From positions 126,604-190,603 of the forward strand of contig JAPKAV010000002.1 of assembly GCA_028825115.1 (NCBI GenBank): DNA of 64,000 nt, written 5' to 3'. Position 1 is the first letter of the stretch. Each line of letters opens with the position of its first letter. This DNA is from Candidatus Nanopelagicales bacterium (GTDB taxonomy: Bacteria; Actinomycetota; Actinomycetes; S36-B12). Position numbers and translations under genes: made by a program. Shown piece by piece: positions 9,554 to 19,575 of the stretch. Under the pieces are notes generated by a model. The model worked only from the letters and a program-made list of their open reading frames with translations, was not told where the DNA came from and ran no database searches.

Positions 9554-12207
9554 AGAAGCGAACGTAGAACGTACTGCAAAATCCCACCGTTTCGGTAGTA
9601 ATCCGCCTCACCGGGGGTGTCTATTCGCAATACGACCTCAAATTCGATGGCCGCTCCGCCCGGTGACGTGGCGCTCACCGTTAACTGCTGTGGCGTGACT
9701 CTTTCGTTGAGTGCGGTGATACCGGAAACTGCAAATACCTCGTTGCCCGACAGCCCCAGTGACGCGGCACTGTCACCGGCGATGAATTGCAGGGGAAGTA
9801 CACCCATTCCAATCAAGTTCGACCTATGAATTCGTTCATAGGACTGGGCAATGACAGCTCGGACACCTAATAGCGCGGTCCCCTTGGCGGCCCAGTCGCG
9901 GCTTGACCCGGATCCATATTCTTTTCCAGCAAGAATGATCAATGGAATCTGCTTGGCTTGGTAACGAATTGAGGCGTCATAGATGGTGGTGGTGGGAGCG
10001 CTCGGATCTGTGAAGTCCACGGTCACACCACCTTCTGTATCTGGGACCAGAAAATTCTTTAAGCGAATATTCGCGAAAGTTCCACGAATCATGACTTCGT
10101 GATTCCCGCGTCGAGACCCATACGAATTGAAATCCTTACGTTCAATTCCGTGCTCACTCAGATACACGCCCGCTGGTGAATCTGCCTTAATGGACCCCGC
10201 AGGAGAGATGTGGTCTGTTGTTACCGAATCCCCTAGTACGGCGAGTACTCGAGCCTCGCTAATGTCACTTACCGGTCGCGGCTCCCGCTCCATACCTTCG
10301 AAATAGGGCGGCCGACGAACGTACGTACTGTCCGGATCCCACTGAAAAATGCTCCCGGTCGGGGTGGGCAGCGATTGCCACGCTTGATCGCCCGCAAACG
10401 CGTCCCGGTATCGATCAATGTACATGTGTGAATCAATCGAGTCAGCAATTACTTGCTCGATCTCTGTTGATGAAGGCCAGATGTCGGCCAGAAAAACAGG
10501 CGTACCTTCTTGATCTACCCCAAGTGGCTCATTGACCAAGTCCATGTCCATCGTTCCTGCGATCGCATAGGCCACCACTAGTGGTGGAGATGCGAGGTAA
10601 TTCATCTTCACGTCCGGGTTGATTCTTCCTTCAAAATTGCGATTTCCGCTCAACACCGAAGTGACCACGACATCATGGGTGTTCACCGCCGCCGACACCT
10701 CAGTAATGAGCGGTCCTGAGTTTCCGATACAGGTGGTACAGCCGTAGCCCACCACACTGAAGCCCAATTTTTCGAGGTACGGCAGTAGACCTGACTTTTC
10801 GTAGTAGTCGGTCACCACTTTTGAACCCGGTGCCAATGTGGTTTTCACCCACGGCTTTCGGGAAAGCCCCCGTTCGACCGCTTTTTTTGCAAGCAGCCCA
10901 GCACCGATCATCACTGACGGATTTGACGTATTGGTACACGATGTAATGGCCGCAACACTGACGGCACCGTGTTCAATTTCAAGAGCCTCACCCGAAATGT
11001 TGATACTTACTCGTTTTCCCGGCTCCTTGGTAAAACCTGTCAAAGCTTGCCCGAACTTGGATTGGGCTTCGGCCAGAATCACTCGGTCTTGTGGACGTTT
11101 AGGTCCGGCGATGCTGGGCACCACCGTGCTCATGTCTAACTCGATGAGTTCCGAGTAATTTGCCTCATGATCGGGGTCATGCCATAGGCCCTGTCGGTGT
11201 GCGTAGGCTCGGACCAGTTCAATTGACGCCTTGGTCCGCCCGGTCAATTCTAGGTAGTCGAGAGTGACCTGATCAATCGGGAATATTGCCACCGTACTGC
11301 CGTACTCGGGACTCATATTTCCGATCGTGGCCCGATTGGCCAGTGGCACAGTTTCCACACCACTGCCGTAAAACTCCACGAACTTGCCCACGACGCCTCT
11401 TGTTCGGAGCATTTCCGTGATCGTGAGTACCAAGTCTGTTGCGGTTGCTCCTGGCGCAAGCTCGCCCGTGAGTTTGAAACCCACCACACGCGGGATCAAC
11501 ATAGAAACTGACTGGCCCAACATCGCGGCCTCAGCTTCAATGCCACCGACCCCCCAACCGAGTACACCCAAACCGTTAACCATTGTCGTGTGCGAATCGG
11601 TGCCCACGACCGTGTCGGGATAGGCCTGGCCCCTCCGGGCCATAATCACGCGCGCAAGATGCTCGATATTTACTTGATGCACAATCCCCGTTCCGGGAGG
11701 TACCACTTTGAACTCTTCAAATGCGCTTTGGCCCCAGCGCAAGAACTGATATCGCTCGCGATTGCGCTCGTATTCCAGCGCTACATTTCGTTCCGCCGCG
11801 TCGGGCAAACCAAAGAAATCTGCGATCACCGAGTGGTCAATCACCAATTCAGATGGGTTAAGGGGCTCGATCTTGTCGGGGTTGCCACCGAGGGTAATCA
11901 CTGCTTCGCGCATCGTGGCCAAATCAACCACAACGGGTACCCCCGTGAAGTCCTGCATCACCACGCGCGAAGGCGTGAATTGAATTTCCTCCGTGGGCTC
12001 GACACTTGCGTCCCAAGCGCCTAGAGCGCGAATCGTATCTGCATTAACATTTGTGCCGTCCTCGGTGCGCAACAAGTTTTCCAGCAAAATTTTGTGGGTG
12101 AATGGGAGTTTCTCGCTACCAGGTACAGCATCGATCGCAAAGATCTCAAATTCTTCACCGCCGACCATAAGGGTTTGTTTTGCAGAAAATGAATTCACAC
12201 TCGTCAC
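9550..12207 (-). CDS. acnA: aconitate hydratase
   Basis: 885-aa ORF with aconitase Fe-S ligand regions ([28 protein letters not shown]). GTG start preceded by a GGAGGT RBS. Confidence 0.95.
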   Translation of the reverse strand: MTSVNSFSAKQTLMVGGEEFEIFAIDAVPGSEKLPFTHKILLENLLRTEDGTNVNADTIRALGAWDASVEPTEEIQFTPSRVVMQDFTGVPVVVDLATMREAVITLGGNPDKIEPLNPSELVIDHSVIADFFGLPDAAERNVALEYERNRERYQFLRWGQSAFEEFKVVPPGTGIVHQVNIEHLARVIMARRGQAYPDTVVGTDSHTTMVNGLGVLGWGVGGIEAEAAMLGQSVSMLIPRVVGFKLTGELAPGATATDLVLTITEMLRTRGVVGKFVEFYGSGVETVPLANRATIGNMSPEYGSTVAIFPIDQVTLDYLELTGRTKASIELVRAYAHRQGLWHDPDHEANYSELIELDMSTVVPSIAGPKRPQDRVILAEAQSKFGQALTGFTKEPGKRVSINISGEALEIEHGAVSVAAITSCTNTSNPSVMIGAGLLAKKAVERGLSRKPWVKTTLAPGSKVVTDYYEKSGLLPYLEKLGFSVVGYGCTTCIGNSGPLITEVSAAVNTHDVVVTSVLSGNRNFEGRINPDVKMNYLASPPLVVAYAIAGTMDMDLVNEPLGVDQEGTPVFLADIWPSSTEIEQVIADSIDSHMYIDRYRDAFAGDQAWQSLPTPTGSIFQWDPDSTYVRRPPYFEGMEREPRPVSDISEARVLAVLGDSVTTDHISPAGSIKADSPAGVYLSEHGIERKDFNSYGSRRGNHEVMIRGTFANIRLKNFLVPDTEGGVTVDFTDPSAPTTTIYDASIRYQAKQIPLIILAGKEYGSGSSRDWAAKGTALLGVRAVIAQSYERIHRSNLIGMGVLPLQFIAGDSAASLGLSGNEVFAVSGITALNERVTPQQLTVSATSPGGAAIEFEVVLRIDTPGEADYYRNGGILQYVLRSLL

Positions 12208-12247
12208 AGGACCTCCAGAATGAGTTTAGGGAACCATAACGTACCAC

Positions 12248-12271
12248 AAGTATCTTGACGTCAAGATACTT
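12248..12271. promoter_or_regulatory. 24-bp perfect palindrome AAGTATCTTGAC/GTCAAGATACTT, candidate operator or hairpin upstream of acn
   Basis: Read directly. The two 12-nt halves are exact reverse complements. The element lies 41-64 nt upstream of the acn GTG and overlaps the TGA stop (12261-12263, complement) of the methyltransferase gene. Confidence 0.5.
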
Positions 12272-13496
12272 TGGTGCTTCTCAAAACTGCCAGGGACTCA
12301 AAATGATGGGTCATAGGGAATGCGTCCCACGCCCGGACACTAACCAATTCATACGTCCCGTCAGTGCAAAGTTCCCGCACATCACGCGCGAGCGCTACCG
12401 GGTCGCAGGCGACATACAAGATGGACCGCGGACCCAGTGCCCGTACATCGGCGCACACCGAAATCCCGGCCCCCGACCGCGGCGGGTCCAGCAATATCCC
12501 GTCGACTACAGATCCGGCACCGCGCATGTTACGGATAAACGACTCGACACTGCTATTGATCACCCGAACATGAGCAGAGTCTGAATCTGGCACCCCAGCG
12601 AAGAGATCACGGGCGCGTTCGGAGGCAATCCGGTTCCCCTCAACGGTGGTGACGCTGCCAGCGGAACCCAGCTCAAGTGCGAGCACCCGCGAAAATACCC
12701 CCGCGCCCCCGTACAGATCCCACCAGGCTTCGCCGGACCGTGCGGCACCAGAGTCAACAATTGCCTGCTGCACGACCGGGAGCAGGGACCTATTTGCTTG
12801 CCAAAAATCCTGGATATCCGTTTCCCACTGCACGCCAGAAAACTCTCGAGTGACCAGCTCTGGCCCCGAGATGTGGCCCATCGGACCCGCCACACTGACC
12901 CCTGCCGAACCTTGGGCAAAAGTGTATTCGCCAGGTGCTACTCCCCCGGTGGAAGTCAGCCGGACAAGTTCTTGCGCAATTTCACTCGTTACCGTCGTGC
13001 ACAACGGCGTATTGACCAAGATGTCACTTCGATATTGGTGCATCTGCCATTCGTCATTCCACTCAAATCTGGCGCGAGATCGCCAACCTAAACCGCCGTC
13101 ACCACTTAGTTCAATTACCCCATCACCCACTATTTCTTCGACCCGGTTTGCCTGCAATTGGGCGAAACGTTCTAATGAATCCTTAAGCACCCTTGTCTTG
13201 AGGACGCGTTGATGCGCGTAGTCGACGTATTGAAAGTCACAACCCCCGCATTGGGCACTCACAGCACAGCTTGGGTCAACCCGATATTCAGACGCCTCCA
13301 AGATTTCTTGAGAGACTCCAAAATAAACTTTCTGCCTCTTGTGCGTGATTCGGATTTTTGAGCGTTCGCCGGTCATGGCGCCACGGACGAAAACGACACA
13401 ACCCTCGACATGGGTGACAAAGTGACCACCATGGGCTATTTTTCCGATCTCAGCAATGTAGAAATCACCGACATTCAGGACTGGCTTAGAACTCAT
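12261..13496 (-). CDS. class I SAM-dependent RNA (uracil-5) methyltransferase, RlmD/TrmA family, with TRAM-like N-terminus
   Basis: Cys cluster ending in CGGCDFQ, SAM motif DLYGGAGVFS and a catalytic-Cys region YVACDP. The start is set at the second Met (MSSKPVLNV). The ORF opens at 13523. Confidence 0.85.
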   Translation of the reverse strand: MSSKPVLNVGDFYIAEIGKIAHGGHFVTHVEGCVVFVRGAMTGERSKIRITHKRQKVYFGVSQEILEASEYRVDPSCAVSAQCGGCDFQYVDYAHQRVLKTRVLKDSLERFAQLQANRVEEIVGDGVIELSGDGGLGWRSRARFEWNDEWQMHQYRSDILVNTPLCTTVTSEIAQELVRLTSTGGVAPGEYTFAQGSAGVSVAGPMGHISGPELVTREFSGVQWETDIQDFWQANRSLLPVVQQAIVDSGAARSGEAWWDLYGGAGVFSRVLALELGSAGSVTTVEGNRIASERARDLFAGVPDSDSAHVRVINSSVESFIRNMRGAGSVVDGILLDPPRSGAGISVCADVRALGPRSILYVACDPVALARDVRELCTDGTYELVSVRAWDAFPMTHHFESLAVLRSTKVS

Positions 13497-15423
13497 TGTC
13501 GACACTGTTTTCACTTGACTCAAGCTGCCAAGGCACGCTAATCACCATCACTGAATTGGAAAACAGCAATCGACCCTTAAGTCGCAGTGCCGATTGGTTA
13601 TGCAAAATCTGCTCCCACCAATGGCCCACCACATATTCGGGTATAAAAACGGCGATCAAGTCGCCCGGAGATTCCGTGCGAAGGTCTTTGACATAGTCAA
13701 TAATCGGTCGAGTAATTTCGCGGTAAGGTGAATCCAATATTCGCAAAGTTACAGGGATATCGCGACGGACCCAATCCTCATGCAATTGTTGCGTCTCGGC
13801 ATCATTGACGTTCACGGTGACGGCCTCTATTACCGTGGGTCGAGTGGCGCGAGCATATGCAAGTGCACGAAGCGTTGGTTTGTGAATTTTGGACACTAAT
13901 ACGAGCGCGTGCACACGAGCCGGCAACATCACATGATCAGTTTCTAAAGTAGACGACTCTCTGCGCGCCTTTTCGTAATACCGATTTATCCGCAGCATGC
14001 CATAAAAAATTAACGGCAAGCCGACCACTACGACCCAAGCACCGCTCGTGAACTTGGTGAGCACCACGATCACTAATACGGAACCAGTCATTGTGAATCC
14101 GATTGCATTCACGACTCGTGAACGAAGACACCGGTGACGCTCTCTGTGATCAATTCCCGTTTTCAGGACCTTGCCCCAATGTCGGATCATCCCAAATTGA
14201 CTCAAGGCAAATGCAATGAAAACACCGATAATGTACAACTGAATCAATCGTGTGACATCAGCCTGAAATGCAATAATGAGCAGCACCGCCAATCCAGCAA
14301 GCGCTAAAATTCCATTGCTGAACGCGAGACGATCACCGCGAGTGTGGAGTTGTCGAGGGAGGTAGCCGTCGCGTGCGAGAATTGAGCCCATGACGGGAAA
14401 ACCAACAAATGCGCTATTGGCAGCCAGTACCAGTATCAATGCGGTGACGAGAGAGATGAACAGGACCGCCCATCCGGCGTTATCAAACACCGCTGCTGCC
14501 ACTTGCACGATCACCGTCTTTTGTCTTTCACCAATTGGGAGCCCGACTAAATCAGCATCGACTTGGGTGACCCGCACGCCGGTTCTAAGTGCCAGCCAAG
14601 TGATTCCGCTAAACATTAACATGCTGATTAGCCCCAACATGAGAAGGGTTTTCGCGGCATTTTTCGATTTCGGTTCCTGAAAACCGGGAACCCCACTTGA
14701 GACCGCCTCAATCCCAGTTAAAGCGGTTGTGCCCGAGCTAAATGAACGAGCGATCAGAAAAATTAATGCGAAACCGGTCAAGGTTCCTTCATTTGAGATC
14801 TCCCAGCCGGCGCTCTCCGCCAACATGGGCTCCCCATTGATGACTTTGAGCATCGCGACCCCGATCATGATGAAAATCGAAGAAATAAACAGATACGCCG
14901 GAATCGCAAACATGCCCCCTGCGTTTCTCACTCCTCGCAAATTCAATAATGTGATGACGACGACGAAACCAACAGCAAACCACACGGAGTGTTGTCCGAC
15001 AAAGCCAATCGTCGAACCCAAGTTTGCAACAGCCGCAGAAATGGACACAGCAACGGTGAGCACGTAGTCGATGAGCAGCGCACTACCTACAAAGGCCCCC
15101 CACCGCGGGCCTAAGTTCGCCGAAACAACATCGTAATCTCCGCCACCATCCGGATAGGCCCGAACATTCTGCCGATAGGACGCGATCACGACGAAGTAAA
15201 CGAGGACGACACATGCGGCGATCCAGGGTCCAAAGGCGAACAGAGATGCGCCACCCAATGAGAGCACAAGCAAGATTTCCTGGGTGGCATACGCGTTGGA
15301 AGACAGTGCATCACTAGCAAAAACCGGGAGAGCGATCCGTTTAGGAAGCAGGGTGTGGGAGAGCCGCTCGCTGCGTAGAGCCCGGCCTAATACGATCCTT
15401 TTCAGACCATTCGCGATTGACAC
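13486..15423 (-). CDS. APC-superfamily permease with a C-terminal cytoplasmic domain
   Basis: 645-aa ORF. About 12 hydrophobic segments are followed by a roughly 180-aa soluble tail. It is divergent from two trkA-like genes, as in other Actinobacteria. Confidence 0.8.
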   Translation of the reverse strand: MSIANGLKRIVLGRALRSERLSHTLLPKRIALPVFASDALSSNAYATQEILLVLSLGGASLFAFGPWIAACVVLVYFVVIASYRQNVRAYPDGGGDYDVVSANLGPRWGAFVGSALLIDYVLTVAVSISAAVANLGSTIGFVGQHSVWFAVGFVVVITLLNLRGVRNAGGMFAIPAYLFISSIFIMIGVAMLKVINGEPMLAESAGWEISNEGTLTGFALIFLIARSFSSGTTALTGIEAVSSGVPGFQEPKSKNAAKTLLMLGLISMLMFSGITWLALRTGVRVTQVDADLVGLPIGERQKTVIVQVAAAVFDNAGWAVLFISLVTALILVLAANSAFVGFPVMGSILARDGYLPRQLHTRGDRLAFSNGILALAGLAVLLIIAFQADVTRLIQLYIIGVFIAFALSQFGMIRHWGKVLKTGIDHRERHRCLRSRVVNAIGFTMTGSVLVIVVLTKFTSGAWVVVVGLPLIFYGMLRINRYYEKARRESSTLETDHVMLPARVHALVLVSKIHKPTLRALAYARATRPTVIEAVTVNVNDAETQQLHEDWVRRDIPVTLRILDSPYREITRPIIDYVKDLRTESPGDLIAVFIPEYVVGHWWEQILHNQSALRLKGRLLFSNSVMVISVPWQLESSENSVDNEF

Positions 15424-15476
15424 GATTCCCTATCGTAGACCTGTCATAGATTGCCCTGCATGGCGACGGCCCCAGC

Positions 15477-16157
15477 GTGTACCGTGTGCACGTGCATATT
15501 GTGATTCTGGGCTGTGGTCGCGTGGGCTCTTTGCTTGCCGCCTGGCTCGACCAGGGGGGACATTCGGTAGCCGTTGTGGATCAAGAACCATCGGCTTTTC
15601 GCAAGTTGGGTCCCGATTTTACCGGGATCACAGTAAAAGGCGTGGGCTTTGATCGAGAGACCCTCGAGTCGGCTGGCATAACCCGCGCTCACGCGTTCGC
15701 GGCCGTCAGCAGTGGAGATAACAGCAACATTCTGGCGGCTCGAGTCGCGCGCGAAACATACGGGGTGGAGCATGTGATCGCTCGAATCTACGACCCCAAA
15801 CGTGCTGCCGTCTACCAACGGCTTGGAATCCCCACCGTGGCGACAGTCACATGGACGGCCACGCAAATAATGAAATCGTTGCTTCCCACCGGTGCTAGCG
15901 AGGAATTCACCGATCCGACCGGCACCATGACCTTGGCCGAGGTGCCGCTGAACCAGCAATGGTACGGGTGCAACGCCACCGAACTTGAACGCCAGACAGG
16001 TGCACGGATTGCCTTCGTCACTCGATATGAGGCAGCCGTGTTGCCCGGTCCGGAATTTGTTCTTCAGGAGGGCGACTACGTGCACCTACTATTTGCACCC
16101 GCAGATCGGGACCGGATCGAAGGCATCGCACTGTTCCGCGAGAAGGGCAATTCATGA
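15477..16157 (+). CDS. trkA: TrkA-type K+ transport regulatory protein (RCK/NAD-binding)
   Basis: Rossmann motif VILGCGRVG at the N-terminus and a TrkA-C domain. The start is ambiguous between GTG 15477, 15486 and 15492. Confidence 0.85.
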   Translation: MYRVHVHIVILGCGRVGSLLAAWLDQGGHSVAVVDQEPSAFRKLGPDFTGITVKGVGFDRETLESAGITRAHAFAAVSSGDNSNILAARVARETYGVEHVIARIYDPKRAAVYQRLGIPTVATVTWTATQIMKSLLPTGASEEFTDPTGTMTLAEVPLNQQWYGCNATELERQTGARIAFVTRYEAAVLPGPEFVLQEGDYVHLLFAPADRDRIEGIALFREKGNS

Positions 16158-16813
16158 GAGTGGCAATTGCAGGCGCTGGCAAAGTAGGTCGGGCTATCGC
16201 TCGTGAACTGCTGCAAAATGGACACGAAATTCTGCTACTTGACCGCGATGCAGCTTTGGCCAAACCGGGAATTGTCGAAGGCGCCGAAACCCTCATGGCT
16301 GACGCCTGTGAAATTACCGCCTTAGAAGAGGCGCGTCTTTCTGAATGCGACGTTGTTGTCGCGGCAACCGGAGATGACAAAGTCAATTTGGTGGTTTCAC
16401 TGCTCGCCAAAACGGAATTTGGAGTGTCACGGGTCGTCGCCCGCGTCAATCACCCTAAGAACGAGTGGATGTTTGACGACTCCTGGGGAGTCGATGTAGC
16501 TGTCTCGACCCCGCGCATGCTCTCCGCGTTGGTCGAAGAAGCCGTATCCGTTGGTGACCTGGTTCGTCTATTTTCATTCCGTCAGGGCGAAGCCGATTTG
16601 GTGGAAATCACCTTGGCTTCTGACTCCCCAGTAGCCGGGCAACGAGTTGGCGAGCAGAACTGGCCCGAAGACACCGCACTGGTTGCAATTGTCCGAGGCA
16701 ACCGCGTAATTGCGCCGAGTTCTGACGACTCGCTTGAAGTGAGCGACGAACTAATATTTGTTGCAGCCGCTCACCAGGAGAACACCTTGCAAGACATGCT
16801 AGGTCATTCCTGA
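16154..16813 (+). CDS. trkA: TrkA-type K+ transport regulatory protein (second copy)
   Basis: ATGA overlap with the preceding gene. Contains the IAGAGKVGRAIA Rossmann motif. Confidence 0.85.
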   Translation: MRVAIAGAGKVGRAIARELLQNGHEILLLDRDAALAKPGIVEGAETLMADACEITALEEARLSECDVVVAATGDDKVNLVVSLLAKTEFGVSRVVARVNHPKNEWMFDDSWGVDVAVSTPRMLSALVEEAVSVGDLVRLFSFRQGEADLVEITLASDSPVAGQRVGEQNWPEDTALVAIVRGNRVIAPSSDDSLEVSDELIFVAAAHQENTLQDMLGHS

Positions 16814-17493
16814 GCTTTGCTTGCTTCCAAACTATTGTGAACAGGCTGCAGCAGTCGATATGTGAAATAGGCGCTGGCCAAAAATAGCGGCCAGCCCATT
16901 ACCACTTTCATTACTCCCAATGCTCCGATCGCCCCCGCCAAATACAGCGGAAGCTGAACCGCGAGACGCAAAAAGAACATCCCGACCCAGATCCACGTAG
17001 CCGCCGCGGTGGCCCGCCTGTATTGCGTTACTGTTCTCCATTTCGTGCCCGTTCCCGTGAAAAAGCCAAGGAACACTCCAAATAGCGGCCACCGAACGAG
17101 GATCGAAATCAGAAATGCACAGCCATATGCGGCGTTGGTCAGCAGTCCCGGCAGAAAAAAGTTCTCGGCTTTCCCTGTCCACGCCGAGAATCCTGCGGCA
17201 ATACCAACTCCAATTAAACCCGCAATAACTTGTTGTAATGAGTCCTTTCGAATAATTCGATACACCGCAATCGTCGCACCCACTATTAACGCTGCCCCCA
17301 GTGCGACCTGTAAATTATCGGATCGTAGCAAGTACACAATTACGAACACCAGTGTCGGAGCGCCACTGTCAAAGAGACCACGCCACCCGCCGATTGCACG
17401 ATCAAGCATGATCCGTTCAGCACGAATGTCCTCAATGCTCCCGTGTTCCAAGCCGGGTTCTAAGTTTTCGCCACTGTGCTCTGGTTCGCTCAT
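16804..17493 (-). CDS. DUF3159-like integral membrane protein
   Basis: 229-aa ORF with multiple hydrophobic helices. It sits in the conserved actinobacterial position downstream of the OB-fold and DUF3710 genes. Confidence 0.65.
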   Translation of the reverse strand: MSEPEHSGENLEPGLEHGSIEDIRAERIMLDRAIGGWRGLFDSGAPTLVFVIVYLLRSDNLQVALGAALIVGATIAVYRIIRKDSLQQVIAGLIGVGIAAGFSAWTGKAENFFLPGLLTNAAYGCAFLISILVRWPLFGVFLGFFTGTGTKWRTVTQYRRATAAATWIWVGMFFLRLAVQLPLYLAGAIGALGVMKVVMGWPLFLASAYFTYRLLQPVHNSLEASKAQE

Positions 17494-17864
17494 CGGGATA
17501 AGGGCCTCAATTCGTATCGGGGATTAAAGATGGTCGGGCGTTCGGTATTGCACGTTAATCGCCCGCACACTTTCATAGTGCGTCCCGCAACTATCCCAGG
17601 GATAGATCGGCGACCCATCCACACGACAGTAACGACTCCGGAGCCGTCGTAGAGTTCAATTTCTAATGTCGGATTTTTGATCGTCGGTGCAATGCTCACA
17701 CTGCGCACAGTTCCCACCACCTCGATGTGCGCACCTGGCTGGCACTGATCAATTTGTTGGGTCTGCGCGGTGCCGAAGGCCCCAAATGTTTCCTGCAACT
17801 CACGAGACTCAAGCTGCGTCGTGGAAGCGGTAAACCTGCGGTAAGCCTTTGTAATGGCATTCAT
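17490..17864 (-). CDS. OB-fold domain protein
   Basis: 124-aa ORF with a 4-nt overlap onto the downstream gene. The family call is by remembered synteny with dut/DUF3710. Confidence 0.6.
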   Translation of the reverse strand: MNAITKAYRRFTASTTQLESRELQETFGAFGTAQTQQIDQCQPGAHIEVVGTVRSVSIAPTIKNPTLEIELYDGSGVVTVVWMGRRSIPGIVAGRTMKVCGRLTCNTERPTIFNPRYELRPLSR

Positions 17865-17869
17865 CTAAA

Positions 17870-18511
17870 TTAACGAATCTCTGTTATTTCGGGGCCACGA
17901 ACGAAGGGATTTAGCCCGGCCGGTTTCACTGGCGCAGCCTTGTCAGTATTGGTATCTTGTGGCAAATTCAAAACTATCGGAGCTCCTGGTGCCATGGCCG
18001 TATCACCGCGAAAGACCACCGCGCTTTCAAAAATTTGGCCGAGTCGAACTCCAGCACCAATATCCCGGGCAGCGGCACCCATAAACACCGCACGTAGGAA
18101 CCATCGGGGTCCGTCCACCCCCACAAAGCGCACAGGCTGTAGGCCCCCAGGCTCGCCGGCCGCTTGAACCTGTGCCAGTAATTCCGTGCCGTATTTCCCT
18201 TCCGCTTCCTCCACCAAACCACCAGCGCTGTTCACGGAGGATTTAAGTGACTCCAAGACTTCCGCCCACATGCCACTTGATTTCCGCGATGCGTACGGCT
18301 GAAGTTGCATGCCTGAATCGCCATCTCGCAACGTCAACTGAGAAATGTGTCCGGTCGTTTGGTCAGCCTGGACTTGCACTTCGACGCCTTCGGGGACCCT
18401 GAGTCGAAGTCCCCCAAAGCTCACAACGCGATCACCAACGGACTCCACCAGTGGTACCCCCGAATCCGATTCATCCCATGGTCCACCGCTTACACCCCGC
18501 TCAAATTCCAT
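17870..18511 (-). CDS. DUF3710-like protein
   Basis: 213-aa ORF directly downstream of dut. The GPWD motif near the N-terminus is typical of this actinobacterial family. Confidence 0.7.
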   Translation of the reverse strand: MEFERGVSGGPWDESDSGVPLVESVGDRVVSFGGLRLRVPEGVEVQVQADQTTGHISQLTLRDGDSGMQLQPYASRKSSGMWAEVLESLKSSVNSAGGLVEEAEGKYGTELLAQVQAAGEPGGLQPVRFVGVDGPRWFLRAVFMGAAARDIGAGVRLGQIFESAVVFRGDTAMAPGAPIVLNLPQDTNTDKAAPVKPAGLNPFVRGPEITEIR

Positions 18512-18560
18512 ATTCGTATCCTCTCATCTGGCACTGATAGCGCGCGCAGACTGGTGGGAA

Positions 18561-18992
18561 TCAACCACTGGACCCGAAGCCTCGTTCACTTCGCACAGAC
18601 CCTGGTAACTGTTCCACTTCGACAATACTGATTTCCGGTATCCGTTGAATCACCAATTGCGCGATCCGATCCCCGCGCGAGATTGAGATTGTTGTGACCG
18701 GGTCTGCGTTATGGCCGATTACGCATATCTCTCCCCGAAAACCCGCGTCGATTGTTCCTGGGGCGTTGAGCAGCGTGAATCCCGTCTTAATCGCCATGCC
18801 ACTGCGGGGATGGACCAAGCCCACGAATCCCGGTGGTAATGCGATTGCGATCCCCGTGGGAATAAGCAGTCGCTGTCCGGGATCAATCTGTACGTCGGTC
18901 CGAGCCCAAAGGTCCAATCCGGCGTCACCCGGATTCTCGGTTCGTGGAAGGGGTAGCCCCGGGTCGAGCCGGTGAATCAGCAGTTCATGCAT
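18561..18992 (-). CDS. dut: dUTP diphosphatase
   Basis: 143-aa ORF with dUTPase motifs (AGLDL, HPRSG, GTIDAGFRGE). Confidence 0.95.
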   Translation of the reverse strand: MHELLIHRLDPGLPLPRTENPGDAGLDLWARTDVQIDPGQRLLIPTGIAIALPPGFVGLVHPRSGMAIKTGFTLLNAPGTIDAGFRGEICVIGHNADPVTTISISRGDRIAQLVIQRIPEISIVEVEQLPGSVRSERGFGSSG

Positions 18993-19570
18993 TACGGGTT
19001 CATCTCAAAATCACTCGCCCCTGGCATCGCGGCTTCTATGATCGCACGGTCACCGTTTTTCAGGAAATGATCAACGCTGACTTGAATGAAGATCGCTTTG
19101 GCCGCAACCGCAACCGGACCCGACCCACTATTGAGGCGAACCGAAGCCACTGCAAATACCTTGCGCCTTTGCGTACCCACGATTTCTGCGTGAATGTGCA
19201 GCACGGAACCAACGGGCACAGGCTTAATAAACTCGCACTCCAGTCTCCCAGTCACGGCGGGTTTGCCCAGCAACCAATTCAATGATCCCAAAACTTCGTC
19301 GATTGCCGCACTAAGTAACCCGCCATGCGCTAGGCCAGGAGCCCCTTGGTGGTACTTGGTGACCGTGAAGGTGCCATCAATAGTGAGACCTTTACCGGCG
19401 TGCATCCGCATGTGTAAACCACTCTCATGATCGTCTCCACATCCAAAGCAAGATCTGAAGTGGGACGGAATCGAATCGCCCACTGCCGGCGCATTCAACG
19501 CCCGTTGGGGTATTTCCGTGCCATCTGGCAATGCGCTACCGAATGTGTGCGCCACAGGTTTCGTAGACAT
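18992..19570 (-). CDS. PaaI-family hotdog-fold thioesterase
   Basis: 192-aa ORF with CFGCGDDHESGLHM and GGLLSAAIDE motifs. Confidence 0.75.
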   Translation of the reverse strand: MSTKPVAHTFGSALPDGTEIPQRALNAPAVGDSIPSHFRSCFGCGDDHESGLHMRMHAGKGLTIDGTFTVTKYHQGAPGLAHGGLLSAAIDEVLGSLNWLLGKPAVTGRLECEFIKPVPVGSVLHIHAEIVGTQRRKVFAVASVRLNSGSGPVAVAAKAIFIQVSVDHFLKNGDRAIIEAAMPGASDFEMNP

Positions 19571-19575
19571 GACTT

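Noticed and set aside
12226-12244. IdeR/DtxR-like iron box (TTAGGGAACCATAACGTAC) just upstream of the aconitase start.
   Set aside because: It gives only about 15 of 19 matches to TWAGGTWAGSCTWACCTWA even allowing degenerate positions. It overlaps the RBS-proximal leader. A match of this quality can arise by chance, and a PWM scan would be needed before claiming it.
15444-16085. Long ORFs antisense to well-supported genes. Examples are 15444-16085 opposite trkA, 57273-58019 opposite iclR, 60520-61095 opposite the methyl-THF methyltransferase, 44246-44788, 33894-34439, 28250-28792 and 47170-47769.
   Set aside because: Each is fully contained in, or largely overlaps, an opposite-strand ORF with clear family motifs. 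The translations are Arg/Ser/Pro-rich low-complexity sequence typical of antisense frames in GC-rich DNA. No motifs were recognised.
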